DNA of 63,047 nt, the filler included, from Sphacelaria rigidula (Eukaryota), in the NCBI GenBank assembly GCA_964200075.2. It is 11 parts of 11 records of this genome, joined end to end, with 100 filler letters (N's around TTAATTAATTAA, not from the genome) between each part and the next. Parts side by side here need not be neighbours in the genome. Positions count along the whole stretch, not along the records: positions 45,928 to 51,567 come from CAXNAA020025643.1; positions 51,668 to 57,307 come from CAXNAA020025644.1; positions 57,408 to 63,047 come from CAXNAA020025645.1; 8 more parts are not named here. The stretch is one strand, 5' to 3'. The notes under the pieces are model-generated. The model did not search any database and was not told where the DNA came from. It was given only the letters and a program-made list of their open reading frames with translations. Of this stretch, positions 50,340 through 61,736 are shown in pieces (position 1 is the stretch's first letter; the number at the start of each line of letters is the position of its first letter). The position numbers were made by a program, and so were the translations under genes.

Positions 50340-51400
50340 TTCTCTAGTAGCTTGCCACTGAGGCGCTTGATATCCCTGAGTAGGATATCGACGTGTAGCT
50401 GTAAGCACACGGCAGTGATAGAGGCAAAGAAGAGCACACACGGAATGAAAGATCGGCTAAGTTGAAGCGAATGATCATAGCCACTCTCAATCCGCGCTCT
50501 ACTCTCAATCCCACGAAACCGTTGTTGTAAATGAAATAAATCTGACCTGCGGTGATTGAAAGCACAAAGGAAGCCGTTAAGGAGTTGAAATTCATGGATA
50601 TTTAGCAGTGGATCCTGGAAAATGAGATCCATCTCAAAATGAGGTTCAAGCGGCATTTCTTTTTTGCAGGGATCACGCGAAACACTTACGACCGAGCGAA
50701 GTCATCTTCCCCCCCAAATGCCCGCAGCACTTCAATAGCTTTGGCTCGGTGCACCTCACGAATGCGGTGTACACGCGTGTCGATGACGATATCACCAGAG
50801 AGAGAAGCAACGACAGAGAGGAAGCTCATCGCCCGTGTTCTTCGTGTGTCGTCGCTCGGATATTACCAAACTCTCGAGAGACTGGCATCATCGTTGTTAC
50901 CAGCATGTGCCCAATTTTGCATGTATGTGCCGAAACATCGAGCTGCGGACAGATTTTCTTTCGTCTTACAATTGCCTGTCGAGCTCACGAATGCGAAGAT
51001 CGATTTCTCTCCGCCTCTCCTGTTGGACAGGACGCGCCTCTGTGCGCTGAAAAACATGTCGTTGAAGAACAGGGCAATGTTCCCGTCACCGCTACTACTG
51101 TTCTCTGTCACACACATGCCAGCAAGAGCGGTGGTGCGGCCATAACAAATAGATTCAATTTGAACTTCGGGGGTGTTATTCATCATTGATTTTACCCATA
51201 TCTGACCCTCTGGATCCCGACGAAAACAACGTGCGACACGCCAGTTGAGGGGGGTGTAGGAGAGATCGAACACTTGTAGAGACCTTTTTGACATGCGGAG
51301 TGAAAAAAATACGTATGGTGATGACCTAACTGTTGCTAGCGTGGCGCATAGGAGTCCGTCCATGCTGCAATCTGGAGCACACGCTGGTCGCGTGAACACC
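50340..51400 (-). pseudogene. Possible decayed Mutator-like transposase
   Basis: Frameshifted fragments GHVC and ...RFRGIESRARIESGYDHSL, loosely like the MULE DxxKG...HxxC motif. Weak. Confidence 0.25.
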
Positions 51401-51567
51401 TAGCTCGGTACAGTACGAGTAGCTTTCCAGAACCAGTCCGATGTGAGGAGGTCATGCATTACAAGCTAGGACGAGAGTGCTCTACCATGAAGCACTTGTC
51501 GCCGCATTTGAGACCCACGCCATCAACCGCCGACAGCAAAGGTCTCGTGGCTTTCACGCAACGCTGT

Positions 51568-51667
51568 NNNNNNNNNNNNNNNNNNNNNNNNNNNNNNNNN
51601 NNNNNNNNNNNTTAATTAATTAANNNNNNNNNNNNNNNNNNNNNNNNNNNNNNNNNNNNNNNNNNNN
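51568..51667. other. Artificial contig linker
   Basis: N44-TTAATTAATTAA-N44. Confidence 0.99.
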
Positions 51668-51767
51668 GGCTTGTTCCAGATTTATGCCAGAAGCAGCCGC
51701 TGGGGCCGAAGATGGGTGTCCTGAGTTGGGCAAAGCAGATGTCAAAACATTTATCAACAAATCATGA

Positions 51768-52370
51768 TCAGCCGGGGCACGAAAAGTAGCCGCGGATGTT
51801 GACAAAGTATGTACCGGCAGGGCAGCGCGGGCAGTAGTGCCCAGCAGTTAGGGGTCCGGACGTGGGTGCCACCTGCACGACGGAACGATCTTGGACTGCA
51901 GCTTGTATGACGAGATCCGGGCCAGTAGTAGAGGCAACGGGTGGAGTTGGGGCCACGGGTAACACCAGCGTGGTTGGGGGGTGGGACACAGAGTGTGTCC
52001 AGGTGGGTCCAGTGTCGACGGCTGCGTCCGATGGGGTGTGTGCTGCGACGGGTGCCACCGGCGTCGTAAAGGGTTGGGGCACAGCGCGTGTCTGCGAGGG
52101 GTGGTCACGGATGGGATGATGAGGGAGGGTCGGAAGCGTACGAGAATCCGAGCTATTATTGGGATCGGAGTTGGGAGGGGGCGATGAGAACTGCACGGGT
52201 TGTTTCTCAAAACCGATGGATCGAGCAGCCCTCGAGGGTGGTTTCCGTAGGGCTGAAGAATCAGCCTCGGGTCCGGAAAAAGTAGAAGATCCCTTAGTTT
52301 GGCTCCGCGTACGGCGGGGCGGCGTAGGTCCCGTTTTGGGGGAAGAAGCGGTGGTGATACGTTGCGACAT
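51768..52370 (-). CDS. Pro/Thr/Ser-rich ORF, possibly the N-terminus of a retroelement ORF1/gag or a first exon
   Basis: ATG-initiated 200-aa low-complexity ORF (RRTRSQT) running toward the contig end; no diagnostic domain. Confidence 0.25.
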   Translation of the reverse strand: MSQRITTASSPKTGPTPPRRTRSQTKGSSTFSGPEADSSALRKPPSRAARSIGFEKQPVQFSSPPPNSDPNNSSDSRTLPTLPHHPIRDHPSQTRAVPQPFTTPVAPVAAHTPSDAAVDTGPTWTHSVSHPPTTLVLPVAPTPPVASTTGPDLVIQAAVQDRSVVQVAPTSGPLTAGHYCPRCPAGTYFVNIRGYFSCPG

Positions 52371-52645
52371 GTGTGAAGCGTGTACAGCGTCTACAGAGCG
52401 ATACGTTCAGAGAACCCAGAGCAAGAAGCGAAAGCCAATACGTGATTTATTTTTTCTTATATTTTTTAACTAATTTATTTATTTTTTTGAATCACGAATG
52501 TGCGGCAGGGTATGTAATAGTCACAATACAGGGGCAGAGGACCAATAAAAGGCAATCACTGAATGTCTGATTGAAACGCAACTTGAAACCGGAAAATGGT
52601 ACGAGTATAAAAATCGGAAAGGCAGCCTGTAATAGTCAGTAGAGT

Positions 52646-52975
52646 TGAGGATTTGTACGTAAACAATGGTTGGTACTCGATTTTACTTGATTTCAGACTG
52701 AAAAAAATTCTGAGAAAATTCATGGTCTGGGGCAGGTGAGCAGTGGTGATCAGTAGGCCCAGCTCGTCCAGAACGTGTTTTGGTCCAAAATCGGCTGGAA
52801 TGCGTCGATTTGAGCTCTGGCAACGCACACTTTGCCTAGAAAACGCACTGCACCCCCTTGCCCGAGGGTTCTCGGTATGCCTTGGTCGGGGTTAGGGTTA
52901 GGGTTAGGGTTAGCGTTAGCGTTAGGGTTGACGGCATCTCCGTAGTACCAACCATTGTTTACGTACAAATCCTCA
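52646..52975. mobile_element. MITE with perfect 32-bp TIRs carrying internal (TTAGGG)n
   Basis: TGAGGATTTGTACGTAAACAATGGTTGGTACT / AGTACCAACCATTGTTTACGTACAAATCCTCA; GGGTTA x4 plus GCGTTA variants at ~52889-52929. Confidence 0.9.
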
Positions 52976-55900
52976 GATCGCCTCGTAATAGTGCAGCCGA
53001 GGTGGGTGCGGGACAATTACAAATGGTTCAGCGGAACACCCCGCAAAAGGCGGCGGAGGCAGTAGACAAAGTTGAACTGCCAGAGTCAAAACTGTACGTG
53101 ATTGACCACGATCGCCGAGTTTCAATGCCGCATGCTACTGAAACAGCGGCAAGAAACAATAACAATTCGTCAGGTAGAAAGTGCAGCTGTGCGCCGCCCC
53201 CCCCCAAAAAGAAACACGTGTGGGGGAAGGAAATGAAATGATTCCTACAAAAGTGCGCAATAAATTACGGCAAAAAGCAGGTACTCCGAGTGGATGCACT
53301 CTCTTGTGCAAGCCGGTCACGTCATATGCCTGTAAGATCTCTTGGCACTGAGAAGGGTCAAGTTATGTCCGAAATCAAGTCGCACTACAATAGCTTCACG
53401 CAATAAGTTATACCCACTTGATACAAAATATTCTTGTTCACTCGTATTCTTTATCGCTCCGGCCGATGCTCTCTCACGCTGCTCATCAACTATAGCAATG
53501 CTTCGCAGTCAGCTCCAGATCGCAAGTAATCGAAGTGGATCAGAAAGAGTACTGCCTGGACCTTCTATCAGTCTCATATCCATCCTAGTTCAGGCTTGAT
53601 CAGACGTGCAACTATAAAATCTGAGATTTGAACATAAACGCCTCCTAGCCTCATGACACTATACTTTATGCAGTAGTACACTTCTCGTATGTTGCATCTA
53701 TTGACCATATATCATCGCCCAGGGTGTGCATTACTAATGGGGAAAACCAGGACAGCATGCCCCAACGGAAGAGTGGCTGTCTCGCAATACTCGCAGAGTA
53801 CAAGCGAACTCGGCGACAAAAGTCCGTGGTTGAAAAATACTCGGTGTTATAGGGTATTCGTTAGTGTACGCCATCTATTTCTCATGTTCACAGGGTTCGG
53901 GTTAGCTCACCGGCTGCCGTGGACGCCGTCTAGGTACTCTGGTTGTCGAGTCTGGGACTGTGGACGTAGTGTGGACAACACACAGGTTGCTCAAGATCGA
54001 GAGTGTTCTCTCTTCGGAACCGGGCTAGCTACAGACAGCAAGTTGCTCGATAATGACAGAAAAGCCCCCCGTACAAGTTGTTTCGGGGGCTACAAAAGGG
54101 TACCGTACCGGACTTGTATTCGTAAGACTTAGAGAACGTGAGAAAGATGATGTCCGCAGGGATTCTCTCGACAACCTGCCACAATGCATACTTTTGTTCC
54201 ACCGTCTCTGTACTGCTGTTGCCCATATATCAACCTGCCCACACCCGTGTCTTCGCTGCTTTTGATTAAAGGAGTATCAATGTCGCTTGCGTTGCCAAGT
54301 GAGATCACGCCACACTTCTCTCGCTCTTCTGAAGCAAGCAGAGAGGGCACTATGCCTGCCCACGAATCTGCGGTAGATCGATCAACCCGCACAGGTATAT
54401 TTACCATCTCCACTCAAAATCACTAGTATTTTGTATATCCGGAGGGCTCCGATTCTTCAACTGAACGTGGATAATGGGGTAGGACCCCCTGATGACAACT
54501 TTCAATACCTTCATTCTCTCCAAAGTAACGATCCTCTCCTGTCGAAACTACCTGCTAGAGGAAACATTTCCGGAGTGAACTATTGAAATTACAGGAGTTG
54601 CTTCTGGTGATGTGCAGTAGCGCAGGTGTCGAGGACATCGACTTTGAAAACGGGTCACCTTGCGGGGGGTTACCTCTGTCAACTTCGGTCATAACGGTCA
54701 ACAGCGGGTCTCATTTTGCAGGCTGCACACTGCACTAAACGTTTTGGCGTTGCACTATTCGGTAATGTACAACCACCGCGCTGTATTTCACCACGCACCT
54801 GTCACCGCACAAAATGTGATGAACTGTCGTCGCCCAAGATCTCCAAGTATATCCTCGCGTGCTCTACCGTCTGGACGGCAGGTCTCTGGGCAAGCAAGAC
54901 CCGTTCACTGAGGTAATATAGTCATTGCCCAAGATACTGGGGATTGACCTGACCTACGAGTACTGGTTTACTGAAACCGGTCTATCTCTGATCGTCCGCG
55001 ACCAAAAGGGTGCTATCTTTAGGGTATATATATATAGATATATAGATAGGTATATAGATAGATAGATAAGGTAGATAAGGTAGATTCCTCCCACGAAAAT
55101 TATATGCCTCTCTTCTGACCATTCGCAAGTTGCCGGCTGCTGCTGGTTGTATCGTTTACAATAACACTACTAGTTTGTTTCGCTTGATCGACTACGGGTC
55201 TGATCGAGTTTGGTAAATATCATGACGAAAAACTCGCAGTCCGTTACAAATGTAGGCTCTGCTACGGCGGCTGCAGTCGATGTGCTGTCTTGTCAAGACG
55301 TGGTGATTCTATGGTGGAGGGCTCCAGTAGGAAATTGCAACGAATTTCCTCTTGACTAAGGTGCTTCCGTGTTGGTGGGCATACGGAGAAGACTTCAAGG
55401 AGGGAGCGTCTGTTTGTGTCACCCGTAGTTGAGCGGTACGGAATAAGGTATGATCCTTCGATGGTATGGGACGCAAAGCACAAGCACACGATCCAACTGC
55501 GGATATCAGTCGCGTCGTCTGTCCGTATATGGTTGCAGCGACAGGTGATCTATGCTTGATATATGCCACAATTTCAGCTCCTCTTTTTCATACAGTAGGG
55601 ATCACTCGTGTTTGATGTTGGCCCTCGTTATATACCATGCTCATTTTGGTTGTACATATTTTCATGAACTGACTCGTACTACTGACTGTAGTTGACGTTC
55701 ATTCTATGATGGAGCGCGTGCAGGTATGCCCTTTAGATGTGCGTGGTGTGCATTGTACGAGCGAGGTACGAGTACATCCCAAGCGGCGGCAATAACGTAC
55801 TTCGAAGTATGTAGTAGCTACAGTAACAGCTTGCTTATGCGGTCAGCAATAATGATGTCTTGAAGTGTCACAACGTCCACACTTCCTCGAGTATCCCATT

Positions 55901-56253
55901 TTAGGGACGGAGTAAGTTGTACTCGGCCTTCTCACGAACATCGCTTGATTCATACAACTCGCTAGAGCAACAACAGTACAGTACAGTACAGTATCTGCTG
56001 ATGAGGAACTATATTTATTGCATTCGTGTGTTGCCATGGTTGTAGTATTGTTATTGTTCGTACGGTGCTCCGGTGCCCGTATAGATTAAGAGTCTGTGCA
56101 ACATGGGGCACCCATGGCACGCGAGGCGGGGCGTTTTTGTGGAATTCACCAGCGTCCTCTGCTGAGTGTATCGGCCGATCTTGGGGGAAGATTGGTAAAT
56201 GAGGCGACTAGACATTCAGCAAGCAGTGTACAACAGCCGGTCACCCGGTGGCT

Positions 56254-56374
56254 CAGTCAGTAGAGCTGAGGATTTGTACGTAAACAATAGTTGGTACTAT
56301 GGAGATGCCGCCAACCCTAACGCCAACCCTAACCCTAACCCCGACCAAGCCATACCGAGAACCCTCGGGCAAGC
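56254..56374 (-). repeat. Terminal fragment of the TTAGGG MITE
   Basis: TIR TGAGGATTTGTACGTAAACAATAGTTGGTACT followed by CCCTAA repeats. Confidence 0.85.
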
Positions 56375-56406
56375 TCTCAACTTTACTGGAGGCGACCTGA
56401 GGCTCA

Positions 56407-56795
56407 GGTCGCCTCGACTCAGTTGGTAACCTCGAAACCTTTTGACGGTTGGGTCGTGGGTTCAAATCTCGGAGCGACCTGGGAGTTTTTCTCACACAAT
56501 GCCCACCTGTCTGTGGCGAGCGACTTATGTCGTGGGTACACAAAAGGCGACTAAACGGTCGACGAGGGAAAGAGATTGCTGAAACCCTCTCGCGATGAAA
56601 AACCTGTCTGTGGAGAGCGACTTATGTCGTGGGTACACAAAAGGCGACTAAACGGTCGACGAGGGAAAGAGATTGCTGAAACCCTCTCGCGATGAAAAAG
56701 AAAGACCCTCCTCCTGCGTGACCCCGGCTGGCGCGCCCACATATACCGAAAGGTGTAGACCGGCGTCCAGAATAGATGGGCCGACATTACAACAT
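56407..56795 (+). mobile_element. Near full-length tRNA-derived SINE family 1 with 97-bp internal duplication
   Basis: Head GGTCGCC...AGCGACC acceptor-like stem, A box TCGACTCAGTTGG, B box GGTTCAAATCT, no pairing D-stem; duplication 56505-56601/56602-56698; 3' end shared with 4301-4410 and 37230-37312. Confidence 0.8.
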
Positions 56796-57307
56796 ACCGC
56801 TGGGGTAGAACAGTGCAGAACAGCGCAGGAGGTTGCAGCAGTAGCTTCGATGACGATCGCGCTGTCAAACCTCTGATCGTCAGGTCAAGGTCAGGCGGGG
56901 TCATCTGGGTCAATTCCATCTACCTCAAGTGGATTTATGCCGATTTCCACGAATCTGTTTTTCGCTCAATTTTGTACGATGTTTGGTACCTTGCCTCCAA
57001 GAAGAAGGGACGCTCAAGTTGGTACACTGTGAGACGTTCAGGGGGTATCCTACGATTACTGTATCCGTACAATACAGGCTGGTTCACGGTGATCACCCAA
57101 AATTGTGTCATCAGCAAATGCCTTCCGCAATACGCACCCAATAGTCACATATATGGTATCATACTGACCGCAATGAAGAGACGAAGAGGGCATTTGTTCA
57201 ACGGTAGACTGCGGTTTGATCGCAATGAACGTTCCTCCTCGCAGCGAGCGAGTAGGCTTTCACCAGAGTATGTCCACTGCCCCCTTATTGCGCCCGCTGT
57301 TGCGGTC

Positions 57308-57407
57308 NNNNNNNNNNNNNNNNNNNNNNNNNNNNNNNNNNNNNNNNNNNNTTAATTAATTAANNNNNNNNNNNNNNNNNNNNNNNNNNNNNNNNNNNNN
57401 NNNNNNN
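57308..57407. other. Artificial contig linker
   Basis: N44-TTAATTAATTAA-N44. Confidence 0.99.
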
Positions 57408-57408
57408 C

Positions 57409-57475
<67 letters not shown>
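57408..57475 (+). repeat. (CAA)n microsatellite
   Basis: ~22 perfect units at the contig start. Confidence 0.97.
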
Positions 57476-58167
57476 CAAACATATGTTAAACAGGACAATG
57501 CAATACGGGAAAAGTCGTCCTCCCTACATCTTCTTCCAAGTCATTCTCGCCATATCAAAAACACAGACGACAGACTACAGACTACAGACAGAAAAAATAA
57601 ACAATCAAAAGTGAGGCCTGTTTTCCGAAATAAGACTATTTTCCATGTTTTTTCAGGCAAGACTGATCGACCACTACAGAAGTACGGACGGCCGACATGA
57701 GTAAAACAAAGCGAACGTAAGTGAGGACTGAAGTGTTGGGGGCATTTTCATTCATTGCTTGCCTTTCATCATTTGACCATTAACCACGCATCACTTTCAA
57801 GACGGAGCACCGTTCCTAGTTCTAGTGGAGACGTCTCCAACATTTTGTCGCTCTTTCTGTTTCTTACATACACTACACAAAAGCAATTATGTCTCGCCGT
57901 CAGTGGCCACCATCTTTTTCGTAGAATAGCCATCGTATCCTCACAACTGTCTAGTGTACCAAACGATTTCATGTCAGTTTCGTTTACATCCCACATTTCT
58001 CGTTGACTGGATTCCGGGGGGGGGGGGGGGGGGGGCGCCTTTTATTTTCTTCCACACAAACCTGATCCAGAACAAAAAAAGAAGAGAAAAAAAACAAACA
58101 GAACAACGCTCCGGTTTGTGCCTATCGTATGTCAGTTTGTTGTTTGTGCTGTTGTGTGGGGGGGGGT

Positions 58168-58208
<41 letters not shown>

Positions 58209-58810
58209 CTTTCATTTCCTTGCCAACAAACGTTGACCAACGCAAAAAAGAGTGAGAAATGCACCATGCACAGTACCGCACTGGGTTTCAAGCATGGCGA
58301 GCACAGACTGATGCGCTGATAAAGCACTGACACGACTGCTGTAACAGTGCCTCATGTGTTGTAGCCCGTTGGTTGCCTACTTTTGTACAGCAGCCCACCT
58401 GCAATGCTTAATCCCGAACGAAACCGAAGATGATAAATGCGGAACGCCCCTCCAGCCCAACAAGGGCTGTTTGTTAGTCAGAAAGAAGAAGGTGGTTTTA
58501 AGTAATCAACATTGAAAAGAGTTCAAGCGTGGGACGAATAATGATTCGTCTAAAAATTACTTGCGTTTAGTGCAATGGATTTGTTGGCCCGAAGTCATCC
58601 TTGTGCTTTTTTTTCAGCGTTGCACCCCACGCACGTGGAATAGCGCTACAATTGCGCAGACACGTTTTTGACCCGCGGTCAACGTTTTCCATCTCTTTCT
58701 GAGCAAGCAGACCTCAGAAATACGTACTAGACTTGTTTTGGCGATCCGAACCAGACACGATTTGTGTGACCCTTCAAATAGTTGTGACTAATGTTAGTAC
58801 GTACTTGTCC

Positions 58811-59296
58811 TCCGTTCCCCGTCCTCCAACGAAGGCCATGGCCGGTCTTTTCGATACGGAGTGGGCAGGGTATTTTCGGCGGGTGTAGGGCCGTAATCAC
58901 CTTCAAGGAGCGACTCCTTCTCACTACCACCCTTGGCCAAGACCATGGTGTGGTACTGGAGTTGGGTCAGCGCGGTACTGATCACGCACACCCACCCCTG
59001 TTGTCATGCAGCAGTATAATATGTCAACACCCTGAGTGCGGGCATATCCTGCGTCACAAGCAGTATAATGTGTCAAAACCCTGAGTGTGGGCATGTCGGG
59101 ATTCGGTGTGTGCGTGGAGGTAGTTGACACCGCTGGCGAAAGCTGGCACGCACACCCTTGATACAAAGGAGCGTGTACCGGTGTGTAGACTCGTCTCGGC
59201 GACAAGAATTGAGGAGGAGCGGTCGTCGACGGACGGGTTAGGTCTGGTTGAGCCTCGTGGACGAGACACTAAATACAGACCAGCACCAGAGTGCAT
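58811..59296 (-). repeat. Second copy of the ~460-bp dispersed repeat
   Basis: Reverse complement of 46378-46835. Confidence 0.85.
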
Positions 59297-60850
59297 AGCG
59301 AAGGAGGAAGGGTTTCATCACGTAACAGAGGGGGGACTGTTTGGGGATCATGGACACCGCAGAGGATGGGCGGTTGGTTTGTCCATGGACGCTGGTGAGG
59401 ACAGATGGGAGCGTCAGAATGTCAGCTTCGAAAAGGACCTAGCAGCGGAGAAGAATAGAGCAGGCGGCTGATTTTCGTTGAGGGCGGAATATTTATATGT
59501 TGAGTTCTTGGTACAGTTGTTTATTGTGGATACTACGTACAGATGGCATTCCATGTCGTCATGGTTAGTTGTAGGACACTCTGAACAGATTCTGTTTTTT
59601 GCTGATAGTGCTATGCTGTGTGTAAGCTAGACATGCCCTGTCTGTTGTTTTTCCATGACGATGCTACTTGACCAGAACCCGAGGGAGGTCATATTAACAG
59701 TTCCTCGCGTTTCCTCCTCGTTGCCATCAGGTTGTCCTCTTTTTGTTCTTCTCGTCTTTTTCGGATCTTCCCATCTAGCGTTGTTCAATCTCCAGTGCGT
59801 AGGCTCTGTAGAGCATCTCTTCGAACAGCACTCCAGGCAGTAGATCTATTGTGGGATTGGCCTCTGTTCTATGCGACGGTTGCGATTATCGGCTTACTCG
59901 CTGTTACTACTCTGTGTATACAACAGTACGTGGCAAAGTACTCGGAGAGGTCACACGCGGGGACTTCTTAGATTACAATACAATTAGGTATCCTGTAGTT
60001 CAATCGGTCTCATATGCATCCTTCGTAGTGTAGGTGCCCTTTTTTCGTGTAGATGTTTTGTTTCTTGCCTTCTTCTGCGGGCTGTTCGGGCTTTATGGGT
60101 ATGGGTGGTATGCTCCTTGCAATCTGTGACCACGGGTTCGAGAGATCGAGCTCATGTGACGGATATAACAATAATGTAACAGATTGAAATAGATACTTTC
60201 ACACGGCGGCAGGCCCATGGGTACGGGCCGAATTTCATAACGCAAACACTAATTTCAAGTAATTATATTTAAATTATTACCAGTTCCTCTACGTTTCATA
60301 ACGCATGTCATAACGCAAACTTGATTTTAGTATGGACTCCGTCACACTTGTGTTTACCGGCCTTCTGCAGCCCGCAGCCGCAGTACATGACTGACCGTGC
60401 TGCGGAGAGATGGTATCCACGACAACAACGGCCTCACAAGGAGTGCTTCGTCTTTCCGTATAAGGGTTGGTGTACCAAACGTTCGCTATGAGCATCGTCG
60501 TGCCTGCGGTGTGGTTGCGGTGGCCGGCGTTGGCGTCGCAGTCTCCATTTGTGCTCAACTTGCTCCTCTTCCTGTACCCTCCGCGGCTTTAGATACGGGC
60601 CGGGCATGTGATCAGACGGTGCTATCGTCATCATTGTGCGTTGTTTCATGCTCCCGGACGTCACAACCCCGAGAAAAATACTGCATCAGCACCAATGCTG
60701 CTGGGTCCCTATTGCTAGCCGTCGTGCTCTTGTTCTGGATGGCTCGTGTTGATCGGTGCTGCACAGACAGTACTCACGCGATGCCCACCGCCTGGCCAGG
60801 GTTGGCGCATCTTGCGGTAAAGATACAGTCGGTGCCGCGTCAGAAATCAT

Positions 60851-61270
60851 CAGGGAGGGATACGTGATAGGTGACGTTTTAACGTGACACATTCGAACAC
60901 ACGTAACTTTGGGTCATTTACCGCTACGTAAGATTTGATTTTTTGGATGGCACATATGTAGCTTAACGTGATATAACGTATAGTCCTTCGCATGGACCCT
61001 AGCATTGCGTTTTACTTTCCAAATGTGACGAAAACCCTGCTTGTTTTCGTGAATATGTCACGTGTCACGTGTCACGCGTCAAGCGTCACGTTCAAAATTC
61101 ACAAAAGCAGCATTTTCCTACACTGCTTCAAGGTCCATATGTTACATCACGTTACGTTGCATTTGTCCCGTCCAAAAAATCAAACCTCACGTAGGTAGCG
61201 TCAAATGGCCCAAAGTTATGTTTTTTCCGTTTTTTTCAAATGTGTCACGTGTGTCACGTATCCCTCCCTG
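60851..61270. mobile_element. hAT-like MITE, 420 bp, 8-bp TSD
   Basis: TIR CAGGGAGGGATACGTGA / TCACGTATCCCTCCCTG; flanks GAAATCAT / GAAATTAT (7/8 match); subterminal GTCACG repeats. Confidence 0.85.
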
Positions 61271-61736
61271 GAAATTATTTAGAGAATGCAATGGCGAAGA
61301 CGACCGAGCACGATACGCACCGAACATGGACCAGCTAAGGTAAATATGTATATCTCTTGCGTGTGCAACCCCGTGTGCAAGAGCATCGTCCCCTTTCGAA
61401 GGTGTACCGTAAGCTTGCTTCATGATGAAATGGTGCTCGTAAAAATATCATCGAGATACTGTACTGTGCTGGGCTGTAGCCAGCTGGCGGGCGGAAATGA
61501 AGCCCAGATCGGGCTTGGGCATGAAAATACCCCGAACAACTCAACCTTCTTGACCTCTCTGCGGTACATGGGGCTTAAGTAGCGCACATGTGTACACCAG
61601 CGCAGAAATCCCGGGTTATATCCGTTCGAGAATCATGGACAACAACGAAAATATAGCTGATTTGAGTTCAATTATTTTATAACGACCCGTACCCATGAAC
61701 TCAGTGCCTTACACACGTCGGACAAATCAGGTTCCT

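Noticed and set aside
52889..52929. True telomere
   Set aside because: Short, internal and enclosed by MITE TIRs.
56407..56479. tRNA gene
   Set aside because: D-stem does not pair and it continues into a dispersed repeat body, so it is called a SINE head.
60216..61697. 15-bp inverted match CATGGGTACGGGYCG enclosing the hAT MITE
   Set aside because: No TSD and a short match; cannot support a larger element.
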